A stretch of DNA of 53,210 nt from Hyphochytrium catenoides (GCA_900088475.1 FLMG01004328.1:1-53210); one strand, 5' to 3'; positions 22,240-32,847 are shown, counted from the stretch's first letter. The notes: generated by a model from the letters alone, not told the origin. Program-made: numbers and translations.

Positions 22240-22820
22240 ATGCGCCACGGCGGGTCATTTCAACCACAATGGCGGCGTCACTGGCTACTGCTAATCTTTT
22301 CATGGTTGTCTCCGTCCGTCTTCCTCTTGTTTATGCTTTCTTCGGCGGCAGGAAATCCCCAGCAGCCGCTCACAACTATAGAGCTGGACGACAGAGTAGA
22401 GACGAAGTACTTTGTAGAGACCTTTAGACTAACAAAAGAGGGCACCTGAGTGGACAGCAATTACTCCGCGGCGAGCGAGCGCAGCTGCTGTGACAATGCG
22501 GTTGACGTTTGAGCTACGATGGATGGCTGTCTTGATGCGCATAAGTGCTATTGCGCTGGACGGAAGTACCTGGTAGTAAAGAGAATAGATAACGGAAACA
22601 GGGCGGATCGCTGGACAGCCACGGCTCGACCGTGAGTGAGCCCAACTGCAGTGGCTGCGGCTATGATGATGCGTGGCTGATACGCCGTAGTTATCACCGA
22701 CTGACGTTTACCTTTGCCGTTTCTTTCTTTTGGGCACACGCAGAGGTATGGCGGGTCCGCCTCTTTCCAAATGATGGGCGGCATGACTCGCTGGAGGCCA
22801 CGTGGCGACTGGTTCCATGA
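22240..22820 (+). pseudogene. possible inactivated gene for a small secreted Cys-containing protein
   Basis: A signal-peptide-like start (WLLLIFSWLSPSVFLLFMLSSAAG) continues through two in-frame TGA codons (22447, 22510) as VDSNYSAASERSCCDNAVDV*ATMDGCLDAHKCYCAGRKYLVVKRID. After a frameshift it reads TVSEPNCSGCGYDDAWLIRRSYHRLTFTFAVSFFW...LEATWRLVP. No family recognised. Confidence 0.25.
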
Positions 22821-23877
22821 GGAGAGAAAAGGACATCAAGAAGAAAAGCCGGCGGTGTCCAAGGAAGAAGAGAGAAGCCAAGGTGACCGAAAGGTATAAG
22901 CAGCGTTCATTCTTCTATTAAACTTATAAGTGAAAGGGGCCACGCTCTTTCTGCTGCCTGGTTCTTCTCTGTATAGGCACTCGTCGCTGCTCAGGAGGCC
23001 CTCGTCTCATTGCCCTTATCATAAAGGCAACTGCAGCTGCTCTAAAGAGCCACTTCCTTCCCCTTTCTCCCACAAGGCAAGGTCCACAGAGACAAAGCAG
23101 TTCTCTCGTGATCTCTCATTGCAGAGCCAAGAAGATACACTGAAGGACGGGAGATGTGCAGATGGTTGGTCTGACAAAAGGCGCAGGACGCCGCCTATGC
23201 CCTAGGGCCAACCGCCAGCTGACCAATTGTAGGGTCATGGACTGTGGAGGCACAACGAAGGGACCGTAAAGAGTGATTTTTGGCGGGGTTCAACTGCTTC
23301 ACGGGAGCAGACTGAAGCTCCAAGACGGCAACTGCTCAAAGACTTTAGCTGCAGCTGCTTTCGAAGGCGAGCAAGCGTTCAGAGCTTCCTTTGTAGGTGT
23401 TGTTGTTCAAGAGGCCAGAAGTGAAGGACGCGGAGAGAAGAAATGAGACAGAGAAGAAAGGAGCTGAACTTTATCTGCAGCTGCAAACCGTTTGAGATCT
23501 CTTTACTCTAGCTTTTGCTGAATAGAGGGATAATAGAAGAGAAGCGCAGGAGAAAAGGAAAGGAAGAGGAAAGGCGTGATTCACCAGGAATTGTCCGGGG
23601 CCGAGGACTTGCCGCTATGGTACCGTAATCCTTGAGCCACCTTAGCTGAGCTTATGTAAAGCATGCCTTCCGCCTCGGAGGGACTGGGTAGGTGACTGAG
23701 TAAATAATGTGAGGCAAGGCACGTCAGATGGGCAAAGCTTCATTGTGATGCTGCTACGGTGGAAAAGCTTACCTCCGCTGCAGCTGTTACTACTGGCTCT
23801 CAAACCCGACAACGGTTCCAAAAGAACCACATTTGCTAACAGCTCGCTCTTCTCCCTGTTGCCTCCAAATCCATGCT

Positions 23878-24448
23878 GACGAGTCAGGGTGGAAGGAGGC
23901 CAAGGAGATCTGGATCCGTTTGTTTTCCACAATGGACCTCGCCACATCAGTGCAGGACCAAGGTCGTCGTAGAGAGAGGCAGACGGTAGTAGAAGCGGCT
24001 GAGTCCTAGGGTCAGGTGGAGGCGTTAGACAGAGTGTCGCAAGGAAGGTGAAAGTGTAGATGCGAGGTGAAAGAGAGGTGGGACCATCATCGTTACCCCT
24101 CTTTCAATACCTATTACATCGGCATCTTTGGGAGCAGCTGCAGCGAGCGAGAACGACGAGCAGGGTGGAAGGAGGCCAAGGAGATTTTGGATCCGCTCGT
24201 TTGCCACAATGGACCTCGCCACATCAGAGCAGGACCAAGGTCGTCGTAGAGAGAGGGAGAGGCAGACGGTAGTACGAGTAGTAGCGGTGGAATCCTAGGG
24301 TCAGGTGGAGGCGTTAGACATAGTCTCGCCAGGAAGGTGAAAGTGCAGATGCGAGGTGAAAGAGAGGTGGTGGGACCATCATCGTTATCTCTTGTTCACT
24401 CCCTACTACATCGGCATCTTTGACAGCAGCTGCAGCGAGCGAGAACGA
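23878..24448. repeat. diverged tandem duplication, 2 units (~277 bp at 23878-24154; ~294 bp at 24155-24448)
   Basis: Both units read cagggtggaaggaggccaaggagat...ccacaatggacctcgccacatcag...tcctagggtcaggtggaggcgttagaca...gcagctgcagcgagcgagaacga, with substitutions and short indels. Confidence 0.93.
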
Positions 24449-24836
24449 AGAGGAGCAAACTGTGACTCATCAAGCTCCACGCACCTTCGTTGTCTTTGCC
24501 ACGTTCTCTGGAGATGACCACCGATCGCTTCTCGGTCTGCGCCCTTATGTACGCGTCATATGGCCGCGCCATCGGTTCTCCCGTTGGTCAGCCTGGCCGC
24601 CGAAGACACCAGATGGACACAGTCATCACTGCACTTCTTTCTTGATGACCGGCAAATGAAGAAAGTGGTGATGACCAAGTGCACTTGTTGACAAGCTTTT
24701 TTCTTCTTCTTCTTCGCTGCTGTGGAAAACAAGGCAACGAAGAACAGGAAATGATAAATCCGGAAGCCCCTTTTCCTCCCACCGTTACCGAATAAATAAC
24801 ATAGAATCTAGACACTGTGATTGGCTCCAGTGCCCA

Positions 24837-25100
24837 TCAAATACTTAGATCTTTTATAAAATGAAATGGGTAGAGGTATTTTATCTGAGGCTTCCGTCTG
24901 GGAATCAAACCTTTTCGAATGTCCTGTGTATAGCTGTACATCTTCCTGTTTCTTGCTTCATTGTTTCTACGTCTTGGGGGGTATTCTGGCGAAACATTGT
25001 GCTGAATATTTATATCCTTAAAAAGTTTGGTCAAATCCTACCATTCACTATTCAAGGCATTATGAAAAGTATGATAAATTAGGAAAGATACATATTCTTC
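24837..25100 (-). mobile_element. possible highly degenerate LTR-retrotransposon integrase fragment in an AT-rich island
   Basis: The minus-strand peptide KLFKDINIQHNVSPEYPPRRRNNEARNRKMYSY resembles the integrase segment I-x-H-x-x-S-x-x-Y-H-P-Q-x-N-G-x-x-E-R-x-N-R-T-L. The surroundings are full of stops and no LTRs are visible. Confidence 0.22.
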
Positions 25101-25889
25101 TCACCACTCTACCAAGACAGAACAATCCAGAAACTTCCAACCTTCTATGGAACTTTAAAAACTAGGTCAAGACTGGAAGGCCACCTCTAGACCCCCTGAC
25201 CCTGGGCCAGTTCATTCATCTCGTCATTTTTAGCAGCCAGTAAAGCCTTACTCTGGCTTGAACACTCGCAGAACCACGGGCACTTCAAACATCGTTCTTC
25301 TAGAATGATCCTCCCCTTACTCGCACCTGACAATCGTGGGGGTCTTCATGCCTTTATTACTAGAACTACCGCGAAAGAGACAAGAGTATTTTTTTTCTTT
25401 GCTTTGATATGGACACAATCGTTCCCTGGTACGTCAACTTCTACTCTTGTTCTCGAAGGTTCTCCTTCTGGAAAAGTCGGGCAGCCCCGATCTCTCCATA
25501 ATACTCCTGCGCTCAGAAGCCTCCCCTTGAGAATGGAGGTCTTTATGCTTCGGTGAGCAGGATAGAGCTACTTCCTTGCTTTCCAGGCTCTCACTCCTTG
25601 CTATGGGTTTTTCCTTTATAAACTTTTGTTGTGAGATTATTGACATTTTCTGATAGCATCGACTAAACTACACTTTTGATTTTTTGCTGTCCCTTCGCTG
25701 TTGTGGGATAAGGGAGGCTTCCTCTATTTAGTCAAAAAATAAAAACCAGGAAAAAAAACGGCAAGCACTAAACCTTTATAAACCTCTATAAATGCTCAAT
25801 AAAATACCTCGAAAGGTCAGCCTTCCATCCTCCTTCTTCAATCCTTGAAAGTCAACCACTCTACATAGTCCCTCATTCCTATTCCTCTC

Positions 25890-25905
25890 TCTTCCTCTCT
25901 CTCCC

Positions 25906-25949
<44 letters not shown>

Positions 25950-26070
25950 TCTCTCTCTCTCAGTCTCTCTCTCAGTCTCTCTCCCTCTTTTTCACCCTTC
26001 TTCCTTCCCTCCCTCTCTCTCTCTCGGGCCCCCTCCCCCTCCCCTCTCTCTCTCTCTCTCTCTCTCCCCC
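25890..26070. repeat. (CT)n microsatellite / pyrimidine tract
   Basis: Long ctct runs with cagt and ccc interruptions. Confidence 0.9.
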
Positions 26071-26478
26071 CTCTTTCGTCTCATGTCTCTCCGTTCCTTG
26101 GTTCTCTCTTCTCTTTTTTGTACTCTCTAGAGTCTATAAGACTGTGATGTGAGGGGTCCTGGATGTAGGTCAGAGCTCTCACTTTTCTCTCTTCTCCTCC
26201 TGCTGATCTCCATCCGCTGCAGCTGCTCTGGGAGATAGGTAAGGCCCCACACTCCAGGCCGCCACAATACGTGAAGCAAATGCGAAGGAGAGAGAGAGGC
26301 GAGAGAAGAGAGAGAGACACAAGACAAAGGGGGACGGACAAAGACAGGGTTGACCATCGAGACAGACTAAGGGTAAATGTTTGGATAACCGATGGAGAGA
26401 TATTAGTGAAGAAGAGGAGGAATAATAACGCCAGTAAGCGATTTCTACGTAAGAGGTACTACCTCTAGATAGGCAGTT

Positions 26479-26492
26479 TCTCTTTCTCTCTT

Positions 26493-26539
<47 letters not shown>
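26479..26539. repeat. (CT)n microsatellite
   Basis: Near-perfect CT run. Confidence 0.95.
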
Positions 26540-26543
<4 letters not shown>

Positions 26544-27092
26544 CTGGTCGCGTTCACCATCAGAATGTCTTTCTCTCCGCTCTCGACACTGACCACAAAG
26601 GTGGTGGTGGTTATGTTATGTGGCTGTTCGCTGCTGCAGAGGCTGCTGTGACCCTTTCTTTCTCTCGCCCGTCCTTTTCTCTTTCCTCTCTCTCCTCCGT
26701 CACTCTTTCCTCCTCAACAGCGCCTCTCTCCTCCCTCACACTTCTCACTTTTCTCTCTGTCCCTGTCACCTGCCCGGTGCCAACGATCGACTGACTGTTG
26801 ACAAGCGGGAGGAGGACAAAGGAGCAGCAAAGTCAGAGGCGCCAATTGCTCCTCGCCTCTCTCTCCTTTCGTCTCAGAGGGTAAAAAGCTCAGTAGAGAC
26901 GACAAAGAAACAATGGTCAAGCCTCATCTCCTTTCGCCACTGAGACTGCCACCGCAAACATCGTGCCACAGAGCTAGTGGCGGCGAGTAAAAGACGGAGA
27001 AAGCAGTGACTAGAGAAGAGTCTCTATACCGCGGGAGCTCTGTCCTGACGGAGAGAGAAGGAGAACATCGGAACCCAGACAGAGCGTTTAGG

Positions 27093-29012
27093 ATGGAGAA
27101 TAGAAGAGCCTCGTGGAGGACAAGCGAGGAGGAAGAAGCAAGGAGAGAAGCGTCTCCTCTCTCTCCTGCCTTCGTGTATGCGTCTTCTACGTCTAGTCGG
27201 CCGTTCTTCCTTCAACAACCCCTTTCTCACCGGCGGCAAATGGGAGACACGATAGGTGGCGCTCGAGAGGACCAGTGGGAGAGAGAAGTTGACGAGGAGG
27301 AAGACAAGGGGCGGTACTCTCTCTTCTCTCCTCCCAGCTCACGCCAGATGTACTATAAGCCGTCGTCTCCCACCTACTACTTCTCTTCTTATGTCCCCCA
27401 CCAGCGGGACGGCGATCCTTCCTCGATCTCTTCCTACTTCTACTATAATGAGGAGAGAAAGAGGAGCACCAAGGAGGAAATGAGCGGAGGAGGAGGAGCG
27501 CCTTTCTCTTTCTCTCTTCCTAACTACCAGGAAGAGAAGCTCCGGCGGCCCTCTCTAGAAGAGGGAAGAAGAAGGGATGTAGACTATGATCATTCTCTCT
27601 TCTACCGCGCTGAAGGGAAAGAAGGCGGCCGAACCGGAGAAGGCAGAAGACTTGGCAGGCACGACAAGGATGGCACTTTTCGCCCTTCACCATGGGAATA
27701 TCGAGAGGATGGCTTCTCCTTACCGCCAACGACGTCTTCATCTTCCTCGTCTCCCTCTTCTCCCTCTTTCTTTGTCCAGCCACCACCCGCGGCGACGAAG
27801 ACAGAGGTCCACAGGAACACGGCTTACAAGCGGCCGCCACCGCTAGAGTATATAGAAGATGGCAGAGCACGACGAGATACATTGGGAGACGGGAAGAAGA
27901 GCGATAAAAGAAGAGAGAGAAAGGTCAATGACGAGAAGATCTACTATGAGGATGGCAGGCAGGAGGAGGACGGCATGGGAGGGATGGAAGATGGGATCCA
28001 AGAAGACGGGGTGCAGGAGGATGGAGCGGCAGAACATAAGCCTGCTAGAAGAAGAGACTCTCATCAAAGACAGAATGCTTCTATCCTCGAGGCACGAGGA
28101 CAAGAGGAACTGCTCGATGGAAAAGGAGAAGGGACGACGCCGCGGCGGCGGCGCCTTCGGTGTACGGCGGACCCGAACTGTGGGAAATACGCTGTAAACT
28201 CAGGCGTCTGCGTCCGCCACGGCGCTGTTGTCCCTCGCTGTGCTGTGGATGGCTGTACACGAGGAGCTGTGAGAGGAGGGATCTGTGTTGGCCACGGGGC
28301 AAAGGTGAAGCGCGCAAGGTGCACGTATCCCGGAGGATGCGGCAAGTACGCGCAGAGACAAGGGCTCTGTATGCGGCACGGGGCGCCGCTGCCGAAGAGA
28401 ACTAGAGACAGGGAAGCGAGAAGAAGAGGAGGGGCAATAGAAGATGATGATGAAGATGAACGAGGAGGAGAAGCAGGTGCTTCAGTGCCTTCAGGGCCGC
28501 GAGCGAGTCGCGGCACCGTTGTGGAAGACGGCCATGCAGAGGATGATGGACGGCTCTATGATGGAGAAGTAGGAAGAAGACGTGGCAATAGAGGAGGCAC
28601 CGACGGTGGTACGCTTCTTCTGCCGAAAGGGAGAGAAAAGGACGAGACAGAGGGGGAGGATGAAGGGATCTCTGACGTTACAGTCAGCGACCATTCAGAA
28701 AATGACAACGGCTCTGACGCTTCGCACTCGCCTCCGAGCGGGACACCGCGAGCTCCATCCTCTCACTTTGGAGTCTCTTCCTCTTTGTCTGGTGACTCGT
28801 CAGATGCTCTCCTGGCCCTCCCTGCACTGGAAACAGAGCCACCAGAGACGAAGAGCCAGCCGCCATCTCCCCTCTGTCTCGTAGAGGGCTGCGGAAGATT
28901 TGCGAAGACAGTGCAGCGGACGTGTTTGGAGCACGCAAGGAGTCCTTCCGCTCGTCATCTTGCATCTCTTTCACCTCGGCCTCTCTCCTCATCGGACCAG
29001 CTGGGCAGCTAA
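27093..29012 (+). CDS. WRKY19-type zinc-finger repeat protein (4 fingers), long disordered regions
   Basis: The open frame is 27006-29012, with the first ATG at 27093. Fingers are CTADPNCGKYAVNSGVCVRHGA, CAVDGCTRGAVRGGICVGHGA, CTYPGGCGKYAQRQGLCMRHGA and a distal CLVEGCGRFAKTVQRTCLEHA. There is no WRKYGQK domain. Confidence 0.85.
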   Translation: MENRRASWRTSEEEEARREASPLSPAFVYASSTSSRPFFLQQPLSHRRQMGDTIGGAREDQWEREVDEEEDKGRYSLFSPPSSRQMYYKPSSPTYYFSSYVPHQRDGDPSSISSYFYYNEERKRSTKEEMSGGGGAPFSFSLPNYQEEKLRRPSLEEGRRRDVDYDHSLFYRAEGKEGGRTGEGRRLGRHDKDGTFRPSPWEYREDGFSLPPTTSSSSSSPSSPSFFVQPPPAATKTEVHRNTAYKRPPPLEYIEDGRARRDTLGDGKKSDKRRERKVNDEKIYYEDGRQEEDGMGGMEDGIQEDGVQEDGAAEHKPARRRDSHQRQNASILEARGQEELLDGKGEGTTPRRRRLRCTADPNCGKYAVNSGVCVRHGAVVPRCAVDGCTRGAVRGGICVGHGAKVKRARCTYPGGCGKYAQRQGLCMRHGAPLPKRTRDREARRRGGAIEDDDEDERGGEAGASVPSGPRASRGTVVEDGHAEDDGRLYDGEVGRRRGNRGGTDGGTLLLPKGREKDETEGEDEGISDVTVSDHSENDNGSDASHSPPSGTPRAPSSHFGVSSSLSGDSSDALLALPALETEPPETKSQPPSPLCLVEGCGRFAKTVQRTCLEHARSPSARHLASLSPRPLSSSDQLGS

Positions 29013-30095
29013 GCTTCTTGTCAAACCGGCAGCACCGGCAGCAGCTAAGAATACGAGGGAAGAGGGTCTGGCGCTTGCTTTGCCAGTTGTAAGGTCTCAG
29101 TGTAGCTCTATGTTGAGGAAGGAGTAAGGTTGATCTCTATTGTCTAGAGGTAGTGACTCTATGTCTATATATGCATCTCCAGTCGTTGCTTCGTAGTAGA
29201 TCAGTACTCTGTGCTCTACGGAGGCCATTGCTGAAGAGGGACAAACCTCCATCAATTATGGGTACCGGTAGATCCTCCCCGTGCCTCTCCACTCGGTGTG
29301 CCGTGGGTCGCTGCAAGATCTTTAGTCCAAGATGCTCCTCTTGATGTCTTTGACGGCGGCCGGCCGCCGACACGAACTGCTACTAAGTTTTATCGCTTCT
29401 GTCTCGTTATAACATGGAGTCTGGTTGTGATGTGTCGGCATGATAAAGGAGTTTGGCTTTTCCTCCCCATACCTTCTCCCCCAGCTGTTTGTTGTCCTCA
29501 CTTCGCTCTTCTCCCTCCTGCCTTCGCCCCACCTTTTACTGTCTCTGCTCTCTTTCTCTCTCTCTTCCTGCTTTTTCTCTCTTATTTATCGCTCTCTCAT
29601 CACCGCTCTCTCACACAATGTCAGCTGTTGTCCTCTCTCTCTCTCCTCCCTTGTCACCTCCATTCTCTATTTGTCTCTGCTCTCTAATTCACTCTCTTCT
29701 CTCTCTTTTCTCTCTCTATCTCTCCTGATCACTCTCTCATCGCCCCTCTCACACACTGTTAACACTATATTATGGTCCGCTAGCAGTGGCACTCTTCATG
29801 ACTATAGTGGAGGTTCATTAGCAGTGCTCTTTATAAGTTGTAGGAGGCACACCCAGGCAGGGAGACACTAGAGCATTACGCTGAAGAGGAAGAAGAACCC
29901 TAAGACAGAGTTCCAAGAACGGGATGACGACGAGAACTGAGACGAAAGAGATAGGGACAAACAGATAGGGAACACCGAGGACTCCCAAATCTTAGGAGGA
30001 TCGCTGGGAGAGTCTAGCTAATATCAATGCGGATTAGAAGAAAGGCGATAAAGCCCTTTCATCTCCTCCCTGAGCCCGTAGGTCAGTGGAGGTGC

Positions 30096-30465
30096 TCACA
30101 GGAAAGTGACGGCTCCGTTGAACATATAGTAAGCGCCCACCACCTGGGTGCCGTTCTCCTTTATAGCCTGCGAGATGTCAGGGTCCGAATGTAGAGCGTC
30201 GACCTATCGAAAAGACATCCAAGAAGGAACGACAAAGGTTAGGACACAGAGAGAGGATGTCCACGGGAAGGGGAAGAGAAGAGATGACAATGGTATCCAT
30301 GCTCTAAGCCGGAGAAGATGTATGTCGGAGGAAGGACGCGTCGAAGGGAAGAAAAGCAACTTGTGCTGCTGAGATCAAGAAAAGAGACACATTGATGCAG
30401 AACGGGAGATAAGAGCGTGAGAGAGCTAAAATGGTATAACGATTGAAGGGGAGATAAAAGCAGGG

Positions 30466-30517
<52 letters not shown>

Positions 30518-32359
30518 AGAGGGAGAGAAAGAGAGAGGAGCCGTACCTGATACTCTACATTAGCGATGCATCCGCAGAGCACTGCTTCATCCATACCGGC
30601 CCCGTTCTGCAGCTTGGAGGCAGGGATGCCCTCCTCAATATTGGTAACAAGCTCTAGCAGGTCTCGCGGGAGAGTCGACCGCACCTTGTTGTCCTTCATG
30701 GCCTGGATGGTGGCAGAAACAGCCCCACAGCCCTGATGGCCCATAACCACGACCAGAGGCGTGTGCAGCTGAGGGTCAACGAGACAGAGGAAGTAGCGTG
30801 AGTGGCGAATTATGTGGCTGTGCTCGGTCTGCTCTCTCTCTCCCGCTCTCTCTCTCTCCATCCCCCCTGTTTCTCTCGTCGCATGAGCCTCTTCCCGTTG
30901 ATCTTACCTTGGTCAACGCATAAAGGATGCTTGCGCGGGCGTAGCTGCCTAGCACATTGCCGGCTAATCTAATAACAAACACGTCTCCCAGCCCTTGATC
31001 AAAGACAAGCTCAGGTGGCGCTCTGCTATCACTGCAAGAGATGATGATCGCGTGAGGACTCTGTCCTTGGTGCAGCTCAAGCTTCTTTAGCAAAAAGTTC
31101 TCAGGGTTCTGCGAAGAAGAAACTGAGAGTTCCTGACTCAAGAAGCGCTTATTGCCCTGCTTGAGCAGATCCAGCGCCTCTGTCGCCGTCTTCACTTTCA
31201 CCGTTTCTTCCGTCTTCTTCTTCTCTGCTTCCTTCTGCGTGGGACTTCGTCTCTCATTCCTCCTCTCTCTTCGGCCTACGGGGGAACCAGGAGAGGACGG
31301 AGAAGAAGAGGATGACGAGAAGAGAGGATGGCGGCTTTCGCCCTCGAAGTCATACCATTCGTTGACGTGATAACGCTCAGACATGTCTATAGAAGAGAGA
31401 CGCCGTCGAGAGTTGGACATCTCTTCCTCTTCGTCAGCATCTGCAGTCACGTCCGAGGAAGAAGAAGAGTGAGATGGTTGATGACCGTCAAAGAAACGAA
31501 ACTTGGACAGCTTCTCGGTTGCTCCTCGAGGGCCTAAGAGAGAAAAATCATGGTCGTCTGCCGGGTCAAGAGACAAAAGAGAAGAGAAGAAGGAACCTTT
31601 CTTGCCCATCCTCGTTCTTCTGCCTGCCCTTTGGTTCTCTAGGTAAACTTGAACACTCTCTTCGTGGTGCTGCCGCTGCTTATGCAGAAACTGGATCTGC
31701 TGCTGAAGACTATGCCGCTCTACTTCCAGGAGAGAGAGATGATGATGATGCTTCTGAAGGAAAGCTCGTGCTCTATCTACCTCCTTCTCTAGCAATGCCA
31801 GCTCTCTCTTCCTTTCTTCCCATTGTCTTCTATCCTCCTGCTCCTCCTCCAGCCGATTCAAGAGCTCTGGGACCATGAAGAAGCGCGCCTCTCCCACGAC
31901 ATCAGCCAGACTAACACCAAGCGCTCTGGCTCTCTCCACGACATTCGTCTGCCCATCATTTCGGATAAATTCCAGGAGAGTCTCGAACGCTCTAGGATTT
32001 CGATCAATGTGGAAGCAGCCAGAGTCATCTGCAGGCCATTCATCGCCACCTAGAGCGGCGAAGAGAGATGTGGGATACTTCCTCAGCTGCCTGACGGAGA
32101 TCTCAAATCTCTTTCCGCCTACGCTCATGCAGATCATCTCTCCTTCTGGATTGGTTCTTCCTTCTTCGCTGTCGTCATCTGGAGGAGGGAATGCAATGGC
32201 CCCTAAGAGCCTCTGTGCGACAGCGTGCAAGTGCTGCCTCCACCACTGAAGTTCCTCATCGCCTGCGGTGAGGATATCGGACGGATGAGGAGACAGCGTT
32301 GGAGCTGGTGGAGGAGAAGGAGGAGAAGAAGGGCGCCGCCGTCGGCCGTGCAGCGCCAT
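30096..32359 (-). CDS. KCTD-type BTB/POZ + coiled coil + beta-carbonic anhydrase fusion, 3 exons: 32359-30908, 30768-30547, 30203-30096 (~593 aa)
   Basis: BTB (T1/BTB_2 type): ICMSVGGKRFEISVRQLRKYPTSLFAAL...FHIDRNPRAFETLLEFIR...EARFFMVPEL. Beta-CA: ALDLLKQGNKRF, GQSPHAIIISCSDSRAPPELVFDQGLGDVFVIRLAGNV, YALTK|LHTPLVVVMGHQGCGAV, NVEYQ|VDAL...VVGAYYMFNGAVTFL*. The Zn ligands Cys, His, Cys and the Asp-Arg dyad are intact. Two phase-0 GT-AG introns. The start ATG is uncertain because it follows a CAG, so an upstream exon is possible. Confidence 0.9.
30204..30546 (-). other. intron 2 of the BTB-beta-CA gene (343 bp; contains a (CT)n tract at ~30468-30512)
   Basis: CAG|GTACGG donor and ttttcgatag|GTC acceptor. 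Splicing gives a canonical beta-CA C-terminus. Confidence 0.85.
30769..30907 (-). other. intron 1 of the BTB-beta-CA gene (139 bp)
   Basis: AAG|GTAAGA donor and gaccctcag|CTG acceptor. Splicing gives YALTK-LHTPLVVVMGHQGCG. Confidence 0.88.
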
Positions 32360-32783
32360 CTGTAGGTCCCACTTTGGGAACTCTTTTGACGGGTGTGACA
32401 AAGAAAAGTGAACGACGAAGAGAGAGGAAGAAGGAAGAAGATCAGCTTCTTTCCTATCCAGATCTTTTCTCTTTCTCCGTCTCCTTCCCCGACTTCCCAA
32501 GGATCCGGTCAAGATTGGTTGCCACCGGAGAAGGTTATGCTTTGCGCTCTCTTCGTCTCTCTCTCTTGCTTTCTTTAGCAGCGTTAGACCTTCAGCCTGC
32601 TACTAGCATGGGCACGGGTAGGAGGAAGCGGTGCTTCCTCGCACAAAAAATTGGGCCTGAGATCCTCCTTGCTATAGAGAAAGCGCTAGAATTATGATGA
32701 AGAGAGAAGTAAGTGTAAGACCGGAACTATTAGAGAAAAAGGAAGTGGAAGGCGTAAGGAGCATCGATTGTGACCAGTCTCTC

Positions 32784-32847
<64 letters not shown>

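Noticed and set aside
23878-24448. CRISPR array or LTR pair
   Set aside because: Only two long adjacent units without spacers, no TG...CA termini, PBS or TSD seen, and the context is eukaryotic.
27093-29012. Annotation as a WRKY transcription factor
   Set aside because: No WRKYGQK motif or WRKY zinc finger in either zinc-finger gene. Only the accessory C3H repeat is present.
30304-30861. 185-aa ORF as a separate gene
   Set aside because: Its central part is exon 2 of the BTB-beta-CA gene, and its flanks are intron sequence.
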